From Octopus vulgaris (taxonomy: Eukaryota), in the NCBI GenBank assembly GCA_951406725.2, contig OX597841.1:18414001-18478000 (forward strand): 64,000 nt of DNA. The letters are read 5' to 3'. Each line of letters opens with the position of its first letter. Positions within the stretch are counted from its first letter, which is position 1. Positions 61,847 through 64,000 of the stretch are shown in pieces. Position numbers and translations under genes: made by a program. A model generated the notes under the pieces. It ran no database searches, was not told the origin of the DNA, and saw only the letters and a list, made by a program, of their open reading frames with translations.

Positions 61847-64000
61847 TATGTTTGACTTTTGCTTTATATTTGTACAAGTTGGCTCCAAGTCTCACCCAGA
61901 GACCTCAAGAGACAACAGGGTTGGAAGTTCATGTTGTTGTTATGCCTAGTGTGCCATATATTTGGGGGGTGGGGATGTTGTACTAATGAATGTCTAAAAA
62001 AAAAAAAAAAGGTTTTTTTTTTTTTTTTTTTTTTTAAACCGAAAATTATGTTTGTTTTAAACCTTGAGATTACATAGAGAGTATTTTGCGTAGGATATGA
62101 GCAGTTCCCATGAGCACTATCTTTTGAACTTCTGCCATTTTTGGGTTTCCTGGTATCTGAGTTAGGTAGCTATCAGCCCCTTTTGCTATCATTCCCAGGG
62201 CACCTATGACAACAGGTATTGTTTTAGTCTTCAGCTTCCACATTTTGCTGATTTCTATTTCAAGATCTTTATATTTGCTCAGTTTTTGGTAGGTCTTGAC
62301 AGATACGTTTATATCGATTGGGACAGTCATATCAATGAGGAGGCATGTTCTTTGTTTGAAGTTTTTCAATATGATGTCTGGCCTATTTGCATCTATCTTC
62401 CTGTCAGTTTGAATGGTGAAGTTCCAGAGGAGTGAGATGTGGTCATTTTCAAGCACTGGGGGTGGTTTGTGTTCCCACCAGTTTTTTTCATGGGGCAAAT
62501 CCAGGTTTTTACAGATTACCCAGTGAATATATTGTGCAGCTCTATCGTGCCTGTTGAGATACTCTGTAGGCGCTAGAAGACTGCACTTGGAGACCACATG
62601 GTCAATGGTTTCATTTTGTTGCTTGCATACACGACACGTTGGACTGCTTCTGATCTTTAATATGTTGGCCTGGTAGTTTCTTGTTGGTAGGCATTGATCT
62701 TGAGCTGCTATGATAAACCCCTCTGTTTCAGATTTTAAGCCAGAGGCCATTAGCCATTGATGGGTCAGGGCTTTGTCGATATCTGCATTATTCGCTCTCT
62801 TTGGGTATTTGCCATAGAGAGGTTTTTCTTGCCATTTATTATTCAGAATATCTAAGGCCGCAGTTTTGGCACGGGTTTTCATGCGCCTAGCTTTTTCTGT
62901 GCTTGTTTCTTGTATATCTATCTCTAATTCCGAAATTGGTTGTATTCGGAATTCACTTAGATATTCCTTTGCCTGTTTTGTGACTGAGTATGATGCTTTC
63001 TTGTTTTCATGTTTTGAGACAAGTTTTAGCATCCAGTCCTCAGAGTTTTTCAGGTAGGTGTCTAGGCCAATTGTAGCAATCTTCATTGTTATTGCCAGTT
63101 GCAAAAGACCACGGCCTCCCTCTTTTCTTGGCAGATAGAGTCGTTCTGTATCTGCCTTAGGGTGGTGCATTCTATGCATTGTCAACAGTTTCCTTATTTT
63201 TCTGTCGAGCTGACATATTTCAGTAATTGACCAGTTAACAATATTGAAACTGTAAGTCACGACTGGTATAGCTAATGCATTGATTGCTTCGATCCTGTTT
63301 CTTGCATTCAGCTCTGTCTTGAGTATTGCTCTCACTCTTCGATAGCATTCTCTCCTGATCCTTTCCTTCATCTCTGAATGCCTTATTCCGTTCCCTTCAA
63401 TTATCCCTAGGTACTTGTAGCTCTCCGCTGGGTCTAGTTCTTTTATGACATTCTGTTGGTCAAGGTTAACGTTAGATGTTTCTGTCATTTTTCCTTTGAT
63501 AAAGGTAGCCTTTGCACATTTATCGAGGCCGAATTGCATTCTGATGTCGTCACTGAATTGTTTGACTATCGCTAGTAAGCCCTTGAGTTGTTGATCATTT
63601 TTTGCAAAAAGCTTTAAATCATCCATGTAAACGAGATGATTTATATTTTTATCAAACATTTTATACCCGTACTGCGCATCATTGAGCAGCTTTGAGAGAG
63701 GTATTAAGGATAAACAAAAGAGGAGTGGTGACAGTGAGTCACCCTGGAAAATGCCACACGAAATTTTTACATCACCAGCATTTAGGGATTCACTGTCACT
63801 GTTCAGAGTTAGTGTGGTTCTCCATGATCTCATACTTACAGTCAAGAAGTTTCGCAGAGTTGGTGCTATCTTATACATTTCAAGGCATTTCCTAATCCAG
63901 CTATGTGGTAGGCTATCAAAAGCCTTTTTATAGTCTATCCAGGCTATTGACAAGTTTTTGTGTCGTTTGTGACAATCTTCTAAGATCATCTTATTGATGA
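61847..64000 (-). mobile_element. R4/Dong-clade non-LTR retrotransposon (3' part plus ~220-nt 3' UTR)
   Basis: RT plus CCHC plus restriction-like endonuclease ORF; 3' end joins (AAT)n. Confidence 0.88.
62070..64000 (-). CDS. Reverse transcriptase - CCHC zinc finger - restriction-like endonuclease (RLE) polyprotein, 5'-incomplete
   Basis: Open for 640+ codons to the window edge; IAWIDYKKAFDS, GIFQGDSLSP, HLVYMDD, LYLPRKEGGRGL, CRVC..ETIDHVVSKC, RHD, NRPDII, IDMTVP, KLSKYKDL. Confidence 0.92.
   Translation of the reverse strand, partial: INKMILEDCHKRHKNLSIAWIDYKKAFDSLPHSWIRKCLEMYKIAPTLRNFLTVSMRSWRTTLTLNSDSESLNAGDVKISCGIFQGDSLSPLLFCLSLIPLSKLLNDAQYGYKMFDKNINHLVYMDDLKLFAKNDQQLKGLLAIVKQFSDDIRMQFGLDKCAKATFIKGKMTETSNVNLDQQNVIKELDPAESYKYLGIIEGNGIRHSEMKERIRRECYRRVRAILKTELNARNRIEAINALAIPVVTYSFNIVNWSITEICQLDRKIRKLLTMHRMHHPKADTERLYLPRKEGGRGLLQLAITMKIATIGLDTYLKNSEDWMLKLVSKHENKKASYSVTKQAKEYLSEFRIQPISELEIDIQETSTEKARRMKTRAKTAALDILNNKWQEKPLYGKYPKRANNADIDKALTHQWLMASGLKSETEGFIIAAQDQCLPTRNYQANILKIRSSPTCRVCKQQNETIDHVVSKCSLLAPTEYLNRHDRAAQYIHWVICKNLDLPHEKNWWEHKPPPVLENDHISLLWNFTIQTDRKIDANRPDIILKNFKQRTCLLIDMTVPIDINVSVKTYQKLSKYKDLEIEISKMWKLKTKTIPVVIGALGMIAKGADSYLTQIPGNPKMAEVQKIVLMGTAHILRKILSM

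Overview
This is AT-rich, repeat-saturated eukaryotic DNA with no intact host protein-coding gene that I can support. The SINE families, microsatellite load and transposon repertoire suggest a cephalopod (Octopus-like) genome, which is an inference. Almost all ORFs in the supplied track are translations of microsatellites or SINEs. Recognisable content: many tRNA-derived SINE copies from at least 5 families; decayed Tc1, mariner, maT, pogo and Tigger transposons; a FLYWCH+MULE (Phantom-like) transposon with repeat-built TIRs; three non-autonomous Helitrons; Gypsy LTR/gag remnants; CR1 and RTE-type fragments; an ORF1-only (HAL1-like) gag-knuckle element; an uninterrupted R4/Dong-like RT+RLE ORF running off the right edge; a 19-bp minisatellite; and a ~3-kb octamer array grown from a SINE tail. 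The most interesting signal, read directly from the DNA, is a set of about 6 unrelated non-coding families that mostly sit in (TA)n tracts. They occur as fold-back or tandem pairs and carry minimal type-I hammerhead ribozyme folds (CUGANGA-stem II-GAAAC-palindromic stem III-UH). They look like a Penelope-dependent retrozyme system and include a tRNA-promoter-headed form and a U3-A8 core variant. Coordinates of degenerate repeats are approximate and ribozyme folds were paired by eye.
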